From NCBI GenBank assembly GCA_051294375.1, contig CM119268.1:919218-983217 (forward strand): a stretch of 64,000 bases of DNA. Direction: 5' to 3'. A program made the translations under genes and the position numbers. This document shows, one piece after another, positions 50,420-62,199 of the stretch. The stretch comes from Paraspadella gotoi. Its lineage: Eukaryota > Animalia > Chaetognatha. The number at the start of each line of letters is the position of its first letter. The stretch's first letter is position 1. The notes beneath the pieces are model-generated. The model did not search any database. It worked only from the letters and a program-made list of their open reading frames with translations, and was not told the DNA's origin.

Positions 50420-50891
50420 GAGTGTGAAAATAGTTAAAGCAGGCATCGCTTTACAGAAAGTTTCAATTTCTTTTTTTGTCGTTACATTGGTTACTTTCAA
50501 CTAATTTGCTAAAGAGTAGCGCCTTAGGGTTTCCAGCACAACTGAATAGACTTACAGTATGGAGCCTAGTAACGGCATCGGCCTTCGTATCGCCAATCTC
50601 GTCGTTGAGGTGTGCCCCCGCGCTCCGCTAAGTTATTGAGAGATTAATTCTTGACTGAAAATATGCCAGTTTAATAAGTTTTTTCTTTTTGAAACGATTC
50701 CATTGTTCCTTCCACTGGAATGTACTCCGACGTCAGTCAAACCTTGGGTTAATTTTTAAAAAAAAATGAAGCCTCCTTTTTAAAATTTTCTTTTTATATT
50801 ATTTTAATATCCTTTTAAAATGATTTATTCCCGTCGTGCGATGCCCGACTTAGTTTCTCTAGCCCAAGGCCAATCTTACACTTTCGTTCCC

Positions 50892-50947
<56 letters not shown>

Positions 50948-52033
50948 CCTCGGAATTTCCTTCTCTTCCGAGCGTCCATATTAATTTTTTAACAACTTAT
51001 AACTTTTTTTTTCCGGAATATTTTGAGCCGATTATAATTTTTCAAACCAAAGATCAGCCGACTAGATATACTCGCCTTAATAGCTTCAGGGCATCTTCGA
51101 AAGGGCCCGCGCCACGATTAGCCCTCCGCGCCCCTCTCTTTCACCCCAGAAAAAAAAAAAAAATTACCTCCACCCCCCTTTTCTTGTCCCCCCACGCCAA
51201 ACCAAATTTTACCAGAGCGCCCCATTGGCGCCGCGAAGCTTTAACCCTAATGGCGTTTTAATTCAATCAACCGGCCGGACCTCTGGAAAAAAAAAAGAAG
51301 AAAATAATTAAATAATCTTTTTTTTTTTCGCGCGATCGAATGAAACTTGAAATTTTGTCGTCGTCGTCGAAAATGTTAAACTTCGATGAGTTTCTCTTTC
51401 TATTTTCAGAGTTTATAATGAAAAGAAAGGACGGGCAATTTTCGAAGTGAAGTTCGGTTGGATTAAGTTTCACTTTCACTCGAATTCCGTCGGTCTCTAC
51501 CCACGGAATTTTTAAGTCGGAGAAAGAGCGCTCCCTTTTTGACTCTTACTCTAACCTTCACCATTTTTTTCCAGTCTGACCCAGTTTTTAAAAGGGCCCG
51601 TTCTCTTTCTCTCTCTTTCTCTCTCTCTCTCTCTGTTTAATTTTTAATCACGGTTTCCATTCCGGGTTTTCACATTTAGATTGACTCCGGTTCACGAGCT
51701 TTTTCACTTTCTCTGCTTCTGGGTCAACATCTTTTTTTTTTGTCGCTACCTACGATCTGAACTCAATGGAATCGAGTGAAGCTTCAATTGAATCGCGTTC
51801 GACACAATGGAATCCGTTTCTGCCCATTGAATCGTCGGCCTAGAATCCGGGACCTCAGTCGATGGAACTTCTTTACCTTTAGAGTTCTTTAGAGTTCTTT
51901 AGAGTTCTTTACCTTTAGAGTTCATTTCAATCTCGCCTTTTAGTTCTGATTCATTTGTGAAGGGACGTATGCTTCGGTGTTAGTACATGTAATTGGTACT
52001 GTAGTCGGGCATTGCGTTATCCACAGTACATCT

Positions 52034-52201
52034 AATATAAAATTATCCATTTATTCAATAAATAAGCTATCTTGCTTGCCCCTGATTTAGGCCAAGTTAA
52101 TGACATAGCTATCTTGCCCCTGACTTTGGACAAGATAATGACATAGCAGGTATCTGCAAGCTTTCAATCAAGACTCTTCACAGTCTCGTTTATTCACTCC
52201 A
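52034..52201 (+). repeat. Dispersed repeat family B copy (mirror copy at about 54430-54552, minus strand)
   Basis: AATATAAAATTATCCATTTATTCAATAAATAAGCTATCTTG...CCCTGACTTTGGACAAG. Confidence 0.75.
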
Positions 52202-53614
52202 GTTCTCGGCTTCCCTATCAATGATTATATCATTGATAGGAATTTAATATCCAATAGTAAAAATAAAAATAACAATGGAAAACGCAAGTCTAAACAATAA
52301 GACAAAATGAAAAACGTATCGGTGAAATCAGACGGTGTGAGAGATTTGAGGAGAGAGAGAGAGGGGGGCGACCGACCATAACTTTTTCTTCTCCCTCTTC
52401 CACCTTACCTTACTTATCCCTTAACTTATCCCTTACTTATCCCTTACTTATCCCTTACTTATCCCACCGCCCCCCGCGAAAAAAAAATTTCGCTGGTATC
52501 TTAGAGGCATACTTACCCAATGTTTCTTGCCCCTCAGATGAGAGAGAGAGAGAGAGTGAGAGTGAATGGGAGACAGAGCGAGAGAGCACGAAAGAGACAG
52601 TGAGAGAGCGAGAGCACGTTCTCTTTATCTTTGATGAGTACTTGTGAGAGTAAAGCGTTGTTGTTCCTTGGATCCTTCGTCCAGGAATCCAATGTGAACG
52701 CAAATTGATGGGTTGCTCGTCCTTGAAGAAGCGAGTGAGTGCGAGTACATGGAAATGTTTTTGTAGATACGAGTGCGTGCGAGTACGTGCAAATGTTTGT
52801 GTAGATGCGTACGAGATCTGGGTGATTTGTCATCCTTTGCATTGTGAANNNNNNNNNNNNNNNNNNNNNNNNNNNNNNNNNNNNNNNNNNNNNNNNNNNN
52901 NNNNNNNNNNNNNNNNNNNNNNNNNNNNNNNNNNNNNNNNNNNNNNNNNNNNNNNNNNNNNNNNNNNNNNNNNNNNNNNNNNNNNNNNNNNNNNNNNNNN
53001 NNNNNNNNNNNNNNNNNNNNNNNNNNNNNNNNNNNNNNNNNNNNNNNNNNNNNNNNNNNNNNNNNNNNNNNNNNNNNNNNNNCACAAAGTATCAGATAGG
53101 AATAAATTAATAAACCTGTAAAGATATAAATGCAATGCAAGTTAAAATTTTTCCAATTCACTTCACGCGCTGAAGAAGACTCGAAAAAGAGTCGNNNNNN
53201 NNNNNNNNNNNNNNNNNNNTACGGTGCAAGAACTTTCGATTCGTTGCGTTTCAAATTAATATAAAACAAACGAGTTTTATTGTTGAACGAACATGATTCG
53301 ACTCTTTTTCGAGTCTTCTCAGCGCGTGAAGTGAATTCGAAAAATTTTAACTTGCATTGCATTTATATGTTTACAGGTTATTAATTTATTCCTATCTGAT
53401 ACTTTGTGAAAGAACGTTGAACGGCAGAAATTCGTACCAAACGTTCTTTGAAAATGAATTATTTACAAAATTGTTTTCACAATGCAAAGGATGAAAACTT
53501 TTAAAAAATCACTGAAAACACGAAACAGAGGAAAAATAAGAAACCGAGTATTCATGTAAACTTAATCATAATGTTCGGTAATTGTCGTTGTCGTTGAGAC
53601 AAATCACCCAGAGT

Positions 53615-53932
53615 TCGACGCATCTACACAACATTGCATGTACTCGCACACTCGCTCGCATTACACATACATTGCATGTACTTGCACTCTTCGCTCGCAT
53701 TTACACAAACATTGCATGTACTCGCCGCACTCGTATATACAAAAACATTTCCATGTACTTGCACTCACTCGCATCTACACAAACAGTTGCATGTACTTGC
53801 ATGCACTCGCATCTACACAAACATTTGCATGTACTCGCACTCACTCGCTTGCATTACACAAACATTTGCAGTACTCGCACTCACTCGCTTGCATAATCAA
53901 AACAGCTGCATGTACTCGCACCCTCGCATGCT
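53615..53932. repeat. ~38-bp minisatellite (ACTCGCATCTACACAAACATTTGCATGTACTCGCACTC)
   Basis: About 8 units here. Only 2-3 units in the opposite palindrome arm (52730-52815). Confidence 0.85.
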
Positions 53933-55628
53933 TCTCAAGACGAGCAACCCATCAATTTGCGTTCACATTGGATTCCAGGACGAAGATCCAAGGAACAACA
54001 ACGCTTTACTCTCACAAGTACTCATCAAGATAAAGAGAACGTGCTCTCGCTCTCTCACTGTCTCTTTCGTGCTCGCTCGCTCTGTCTCCCACTCACTCAC
54101 TCTCTCTCTCTCTCTCTCGAGGCAAGAAACATTGGTAAGATGCCTCTAAGATACCAGCGAAATTTTTTTTTCGCGGGGGGGGGCGGTGGGGATAAGTAAG
54201 GAAAAGTAAGGGACAAGTTAAGGGATAAGTAAGTAAGGTGGAAGAGGGAGAAAAAAATTATGGTCGGTCCCGCCCCCCTCTCTCTCTCTAATCTCTCACA
54301 CGTCTAATTTCACATACGTTTTCATTTTGTCTTATTGTTTAGACTTGCGTTTTCCATTGTTATTTTTATTTTTACTATTGGATATTAAATTCCTATCAAT
54401 GATATAATCATTGATAGGGAAGCCGAGAACTGGCGAGAGAGTCTTGATTGAAAGCTTGCAGATACCTGCTATGTCATTATCTGTCCAAAGTCAGGGGCAA
54501 GATAGCTATGTCATTAACTTGGCCTAAATCAGGGGCAAGCAAGATAGCTTTTGTGGATAATAATGTGCATCGCATGCCCGCTACAGTACCAATTACATGT
54601 ACTAACACCGAAGCATACGTCCCTTACAAATGAATCAGAATAAAAGGCGAGATTGAAATGAACTCTAAAGGTAAAGAACTCTAAAGAACTCTAAAGAACT
54701 CTAAAGGTAAAGAAGTTCCATCGACTGAGGTCCCGGATTCTAGGCCGCGATTCAATGGGCAGAAACGGATTCCATTGTGTCGAACGCGATTCAATTGAAG
54801 CTTCACCGATTCCATTGAGTCAGATCGTAGTAGCGACATAAAAAAAAAAGATGTTGACCCAGAAGCAGAGAAAGTGAAAAAGCTCTGAACGCGGAGTCAA
54901 TCTAAATGTGAAAACCCGGAATGGAAACCGGATTAAAAATTAAACAGAGAGAGAGAGAGAGAAGAGAGAGAGAAAGAGAACGGGCCCTTTTAAAAACTGG
55001 GTCAGACTGGAAAAAAATGGTGAAGGTTAGAGTAAGAGTCAAAAATGGAGCGTCTCTCTCCGACTTAAAAATTCCGTGGGTAGAAGACCGACGGAATTCG
55101 AGTGAAAGTGAAACTTAATCCAACCGAACTTCACTTCGAAATTGCCCGTCCTTTCTTTCATTATAAACTCTAAATAGAAAGAGAAAACTCATCGAAGTTT
55201 AACATTTTCGACGACGACGACAAAATTTCAAGTTCATTCGATCGCGGAAAAAAAAAAAAGATTATTTAATTATTTTCTTCTTTTTTTTTTCCAGAGGTCC
55301 GGCCGGTTGATTGAATTAAAACGCCTATAGGGTTAAAGCCTTCGCGGCGCCATGGGGCGCTCTGGTAAAATTTGGTTTGCGGTGGGGACAAAAGGGGGGG
55401 GGAGGTAATTTTTTTTTTGTTCTGGGTGAAAGAGAGGGGGGCGGAGGGCTAATTCGTGGCGGGCCCTTTCGAAGATGCCCTGAAGCTATTAAGGCGAGTA
55501 TATCTAGTCGGCTGATCTTTGGTTTGAAAAAATTATAATCGCTCAAAACATTCCGGAAAAAAAAGTTATAAGTTGTTAAAAAATTAATATGGACGCTCGA
55601 AGAGAAGGAAACTTCCGAGGGAGGAGAG

Positions 55629-55683
<55 letters not shown>

Positions 55684-56343
55684 AACGAAAGTGTAAGATT
55701 GGCCTTGGGCTAGAGAAACTAAGTCGGCATCGCACGACGGGAATAAATCATTTTAAAAGGATATTAAAATAATATAAAAAGAAAATTTAAAAAAGGAGGC
55801 TTCATTTTTTTTTAAATTAACCAAGGTTTGACTGACGTCGGAGTACATTCCAGTGGAAGGAACAATGGAATCGTTTCAAAAAGAAAAAACTTATTAAACT
55901 GGCATATTTTCAGTCAAGAATTAATCTCTCAATAACTTAGCGGAGCGCGGGGCACCTCAACGACGAGATGGCGATACAAGGCGATGCCGTTACTAGCTCC
56001 ATACTGTAAGTCTATTCATTGTGCTGGAAACCCAAGACCGTGTCCCTCTTTAAGAAAAAAAAAAGGATTCGCCGTAAATTACCAATAATATTAGAATGTT
56101 ATGTGAATTAGAGATCGTCCGGTATTCGCCGCACAGAACTGAAAAGCTCGCATCCCATTCCCCCCCCGTCCCCCCCTACTCACGTCGTCCTCCTCGCGTC
56201 TCTTCCACTCAAAACTCAAAAACCTTTTGTTTCTTTTGTCTCTTAGCCTTTTGGCCTCCGGCATAAATCATGTACCAAAAGGAAAGGGGGGGAAAAAAGG
56301 GGGGAAAAAAAGGGGGAAATAAAAAAGGATCCATTTTTTCTTG

Positions 56344-56721
56344 TTTTTAGTTGCGCCGCGAGTACTCGCGGAACAACTTTATAAGTCACTTGTCGGTCGG
56401 TCTGTCGGTTGGTATATCTGTCCGTCGGTCTGTCCCACTTATGTTAACAATACTCATAACTCGCCTATAGTTGGTTGCTCATTTGTTAAGACAGGAAAAA
56501 CCTCGAATCTGAGTGACTGCTAGCGCCGCCCTCAGGAAATCCTAATCCTAAAACTAAAAAGAATAAAAGACGGAATTTCGATGCAGTGCCTGTCATAAAT
56601 ACAATTACAATATAAATACGTTTGTTATACATAAGTTTCGTAGTCATGTGATCACAGGAAAAGACACGTGAAAAGAAAGTCACTTCGGCGCAACACATTG
56701 GATGGACCGACCGATGTTGTT
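56344..56721 (+). mobile_element. HINE-like element copy
   Basis: TTTTTAGTTGCGCCGCGAGTACTCGCGGAACAACT 5' hairpin, GTCG microsatellite, and 3' CGGCGCAACACATTGGATGGACCGA. Confidence 0.75.
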
Positions 56722-56970
56722 CCTCCTTTTTCTTCCTTCTTTCTTCCACTCCCCCCCCTCGCCGGCAGCCCATTATCCGCGCCGGCGATGATTCTCATGT
56801 CTCTCACTCTCTCGCTTTTTCTTAGTTTTCTCTCTTTCGTCTTTCCTAAGTTCTCTCGCTCTCTATCTCTCTCGCTCACGCTTTCCCACCACATTCCTCA
56901 TGGGCCGTGCCATTGTTGTTTCCTGATGAGCATCAGCGAACTTCTTTTAAACTTCTTCTCCTTAAATTAT

Positions 56971-57004
<34 letters not shown>

Positions 57005-58042
57005 NNNNNNNNNNNNNNNNNNTGTCATTATTTGTCATTTTTTGGTGGGTCTTTTTGTCTCATTTGTTTTCTGTCTTTTCTCGAGTTATTTTCGACTTTT
57101 TTTGTTATCGAAGTCGATTCGTTTTTTTGAAAAGTAAATAATTTTAAAAATCTGCCATCTTGAAATATATTAGCTCTTGTTCTCTGCGCCATTCATTTAT
57201 TTTAAAACATTTTATACTTTCTTTCATTTCGTTGCGTTTGAATTTAAGCGATAGTGATGAAGGCTTGTAAATAAAAAAGCCGAATTTTTAATATCAACGT
57301 TGTTTGTAAATAAATTAATATTTACCTTACTTCTCGTTTCATTTTAAAAACAACGAATGCAAAAGAATATTAAATACAAATATCGAATATGAAATATCTT
57401 TGTTTGGGGTCATATACGAAAGAAGAGAGGCACCAGCCCTTTTCATCGATTGAACTCTTTACCAAAAAAAAAGGACAACCGCGCCCTTCAGTTATTGAAA
57501 ATGAATAAATTTCGAAGAGAAAAGAAAAAAAGAGAAAAATATCAATATCATTTCTACGTGGCGGGAAAACTTGAATTCGGATCGGCCAACCAAATTTATA
57601 AGTTGTAAACTCGACGAATTCCCGCTGTAGAAACTCGATTCTTATGAATCAAAACAAAACAGATCGCCATTTTTAAAACAAAAAAGAAAACATACTCGCC
57701 CCTTCTACGACGACCCTTCCGACAAAAAAAATTAAAAATAAACCAAATCGCGAAGTGGATTTGAGAGAGAGAGAGAGAGAGATAGAGAGAGTGTGATAAA
57801 AAGAGAGAGACAGTAAGAGTGAGGGAGAGAGATTAAGAGAGAGAGAGAGATCAAGCCTATTGCATAAAGACCCCTTGATCCTTGAAGGCAACTAAGGGGA
57901 GGGAAGAAATAATTATGGAGACCCCTGACTTTTTTCTTTTTTTTCTCTTTTTTTTTCCAATCTGCATTGCAGATGTCGAGAAGCTAAAATGTAAGAGGTA
58001 GGAGGGGAATAGGAGAGAAAATAGAAAAGGGAAATAGATTAG

Positions 58043-58439
58043 AAAAAACAAGATCGGTCCATCCAAAGTGTTGCGCCGCAGTGATCACGTGATCACATGA
58101 CTGGTTGATCACTACTCCACCAAGTTTTCTTTCAAACAACCTGACATTACAAGAAATATGCCGTACTTTGTGATCATGCGTGATCATGCGTGGCCACATA
58201 ATGACAAAAGTATGAAATGTAGTATAAAATAACTTTATTAGCCCGTGTATTTATGAAACTGTTCTTTATAACTAGCAAGCAGTCACCAATTTCTATTTTA
58301 TTCCTGTCTTAACAAATGAGCGATTAACTATAAGCGAATTATGAGCATTTTTAATGAAGTTGGATAGACGGACGGACAGACATACCGACCGACCAACAGA
58401 CTGGGACTGAACACTGATTTCTCGCGGCGCAACTAAAAA
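58043..58439 (-). mobile_element. HINE-like element copy, minus strand
   Basis: CGCGGCGCAACTAAAAA at the right end, GACGGACGGACAGAC and ACCGACCGACC runs, and GTGTTGCGCCGC at the left end. Confidence 0.75.
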
Positions 58440-60273
58440 TAAAGCGGAAGGAGAAAAATATAGTTATTATATATATATATTGGTTGTACCGATTTCATAA
58501 GGAGAGCGAGTCGGAGATATTTTCTCTGTTTCTCTATCCTTGGTTTTCAATTCTTACCATTTATACTCCACGTGTCTTTGAGTATATTTTTTATCTTCCT
58601 TTTTAACAATCGTTTTATCTTTGCTTTTTTTCTTCTTTTTTTATCTGCTTTCTCTTTTCTCTGTTCTCTTTTGTTTCCTTTTGCTTTTGCCTTTTACCAC
58701 TCGTTAGGCCCATTAGCTATTACTTTTTGTACTTTCTCCAAACAGAAAAAAATGTAAAGTAAAAAGAAAGTAATGTAATAAACTGTTTAAAATAATTATC
58801 ATGTACACGCTCGAAAAAATTATATTTTCGCCCAAATTCCCCACCGTCCCCTTTCTTTCTCACTCCATAAATCTATTTGGGCTAAAATTTATTTATTAAA
58901 AAAAATGTCGCGTTCAGTAAAAAAATTTCTTTTTTTTTTACGAGCGCGAGACTCTTATTTACCAAATTTATTAATATTTCGAAGATAACGTGTTTGTGAA
59001 CAAAACGAATTGTCTTTTGCTTCATCTCTTACTTTACATAATTTAATTGATCTCTTCCATCCTTGTCTCATCTTAAATCGCTCATCGCGTCATGAATGTC
59101 AAAGGGACTCTTTGCCTTATTTCCAACAAGGGATTATTTTGAGTGACGTTAGCTGCTCTGAGTCTCTCTCTCTCTCTCTCTTTCCCCCATGGGCCATTTC
59201 CACGATCTCGAAAGATTCCTTCCTCTTGAGAGAAAAGATGTCAGAAAAGGAGTGAAGAAAGAACAAAGAATGACGCCAATCCACGCAAGTGACTCCCGAG
59301 TCTTACAAATTCACAGATTCACAAAACTGGGTGAGGTCGCCAATTATAATTAAATAAATAATTAAATAAATAATTAAATAATTAATTAAATAATTAATTA
59401 AATAATTAATCTGGGTGAGGTCGTCAATTAATTTTTAAAATTTCTTCGAGATTGCCCGTTTCGATTTTCTCTCTTTTTTCCCCCTTCTGCTCACGAGCTG
59501 TTGTAATTCTAAGAAATTGTTAATTTAAGACTAGAATGTGCACTGTAATGTGCACTGAATGTAATGTAATGTGCACTGAATGTGCATTGTGCAGTGTAGA
59601 TCGTATTTCGATTCGTGATTGACCTACGTATCCTGCGGTCAACACTATTTAACTTATTCTGTTTAAAAAAGGCAAATGCTATTTTTAAGATGTGTTGTTC
59701 AAGAAGAAGTTATGGATTTTTGCAATGACCGTAAAGCTTTTCCGACTCGTTAACCAAAGTTATTAAATGAAATAAACAATTTATATACGTGCAAACAACG
59801 AATTGCAAAAGATTGGATTTCAACAATCGACTTGACGATCAGGAGACAACTCCCTCTCACAGAGAAAGCCCCCCCCTCCAGCCGGGTGACCATTAGTCGT
59901 GAAAATCATCAACGTCTTTTGTTTTGATTTTGTTGCGAATACTAATTAGCCTGGGGACTCAGCGAAGCGATATAGGAGCCAATGTTTCTAGTCGATGACC
60001 CAGTGGCCCACCTGGTTATCGTTTCGCCATGAATGTTGGTTCAATCTAACCTTATTTTGGCTCGCGAATAGTTTTCTTGTCAACATAACACATTGACTGC
60101 ACGGTCGACTCCAGAACGATTTCTGTGCGCTGATTGGCTGAGATTTCTCCTCCGCCGATTGGTGGAGGTTACCGGGTCGACGTCGTTAAAGTTGCCGACG
60201 AACCGAAGCGACTTTTCGAGGTTCTTGAGGTCACGTGGAGTAATCCCGATGGATTCCCCCGCTTTTCTTGGCG

Positions 60274-60306
<33 letters not shown>

Positions 60307-60434
60307 CAAGCAGGCTTTATTTTTCTCTCTCTCACTTGTTACTTGAGATCAGGCCAAATTTTCAACTTCTCCACTCCCCATCCTCCCTTTTTCACCAATT
60401 TCTCAATTCACTTCTCACTTCTTCCCCCTTCACC

Positions 60435-60507
60435 CCTCCGCCCTTACCCCTTCGCCCTTACCCCTCCGCCCTTACCCCTACGCCCTTACCCCTCCGCCCT
60501 TACCCCC
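60435..60507. repeat. (CGCCCTTACCCCT) short tandem repeat
   Basis: Direct reading, about 5 copies. Confidence 0.85.
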
Positions 60508-61891
60508 AAAGGAGTCTTTGCCAAGTTTCTTGTCTCTTTGTTTTCTGCATCAATTGACTTTTCAAGATTTGAATTCCTTTCGATTCGTTATTCGTTCTTT
60601 GTTTAGGGATAATTGTCGGAACATCCGGTTTATATTAAAACTACTCGAGATTCATGACAAGACTTTAACGTCTTGCGATGAGGAAGAGATATAGGACTAA
60701 ATGTACAGCCTCACTTTGGACCATAATATCTCTAATAGCTGTAATATACTATATTAATAATAATAACATTTAAGATAAAAGGTGACGGAGAAAAATACGC
60801 AGGAGAATAATAATAATAACAATAATAATAATTATTATTNNNNNNNNNNTTATTATTATTAATCTATAATATCTTTAAACCAGAAATTTCAAAATTACGA
60901 GTCGACTTCCTAGTTCGTCTGTCAAGCTGCTTCGAGCGTTTGACGCCGCCGCCGCCGCCGCCGCCGCGACAAGTCAGAAAAATCTCGTTCAATCGAGTGG
61001 CCATCTCGCGACCGAAGAATCTTAAGGGATTAGCGATCGAGATGAGGGATTTAAAAGTTGATCTAAGGTCCTTGGCTCGGATGGCATATTCTGTGGCACT
61101 TGACAGGCAAAATCGTCTGACACTTAATAAGGCAATCGGGATGGAAGCACAAATCTTGTGGCGCTCGACTGTGCGATTTGATGGCAAAATCGTGTGGCGC
61201 TTTGATGGCATTCGGAAAAGAATAAAAGAAGAAATTACGCGGACAATAAATCGAGGCTTATCTTTTGATGAGCGCCGCCGACAAGATTTACTGCTTAAGA
61301 TGCGTCGTTATTCCTGATCGTATTGAGCATCAATGCGTCAAAGGTAATTGACTAATAACGCTACTGGGTTGCGGCACTTTAGTAATGTTGTCCAATTGTT
61401 AAATGTAATTTTAAAAAAGAGTTATATTTCTTTATATCAACTTTTCATGATAAATCCCAATCTGCAAAAAACATCTCACAAAAAACTAAATATGGCCTAC
61501 TGCATAAATTGTAAAATTTATGATAATTTTTTTTTATACAGAAATGTTCATTAGTATAATGTTGTTCGTTCCTCACTTTTATAATTTTAATTAAAGTTAA
61601 ATTTAGAATTTTTACTACGCTTTAGTGAGTATACCTTACTTTAACCCTAACTCACCAGAACGAGATTCTCTTAACCCTCACCTCGTCTCCACTCGCCGCG
61701 CGCGTCCGCTCCGGACGAAGATCCGTTTCTTTGTTTGGGTCCACGGAGTCCGAATGACAAACCGCCACCAGCGCCATCTGGAACCTTTTCTCTGACCCGA
61801 AGAAAAAGGATGGGCGTGGCTGAGGTAGGGGGCGCGGTTGTTATTGGACGCATCGTCTTTAATGAGGAAATGCCTGTCCCTCATTTTCGAA

Positions 61892-61950
61892 TTTATGAAA
61901 TTGGTACAACCAATATAAAAATTATCCATTCATTTAATAAATATGTTATC
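61892..61950 (+). repeat. Dispersed repeat family B, short copy (another end fragment at 58479-58500, minus strand)
   Basis: TTATGAAATTGGTACAACCAATATAAAAATTATCCATT, identical to 50247 onward. Confidence 0.8.
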
Positions 61951-62199
61951 CTGAAAGGCGCGTGATATTTTAGAAACTCTTTAGTCTTTAGTTGGAACAT
62001 TGTTAGATTAAATACTATACTTAAAAATATGTGTAACTAGGTGTGGTAGTTTGGATCGAGATGATTCGCTCTTCTCCTCACAACTTCTTCGCTTCCGCTA
62101 AACCACCTTCTTCGCTTCCGCTTAACTGCCCTCTTTCGCTCTCCTAACCACCTCTTTCTCGTCCATAATCATCCGTAAATCTCTCCTCCCCCCGGTTAA

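Larger units (their letters stand above)
50527..56033. repeat. ~5.5-kb inverted duplication (arms about 50527-53194 and 53299-56033) with N gaps at 52849-53082 and 53195-53219
   Basis: GGGTTTCCAGCACAA at 50527 pairs with TTGTGCTGGAAACCC ending at 56033. Arms match inward to AAAAAGAGTCG / CGACTCTTTTT. Confidence 0.92.

Noticed and set aside
52211-52242. Resemblance to the tet operator (TATCATTGATAG), suggesting vector contamination
   Set aside because: Only a partial match with different dyad geometry, and no other vector sequence nearby.
52534-53362. ORFs spanning X runs
   Set aside because: They are open only because N gaps contain no stop codons.
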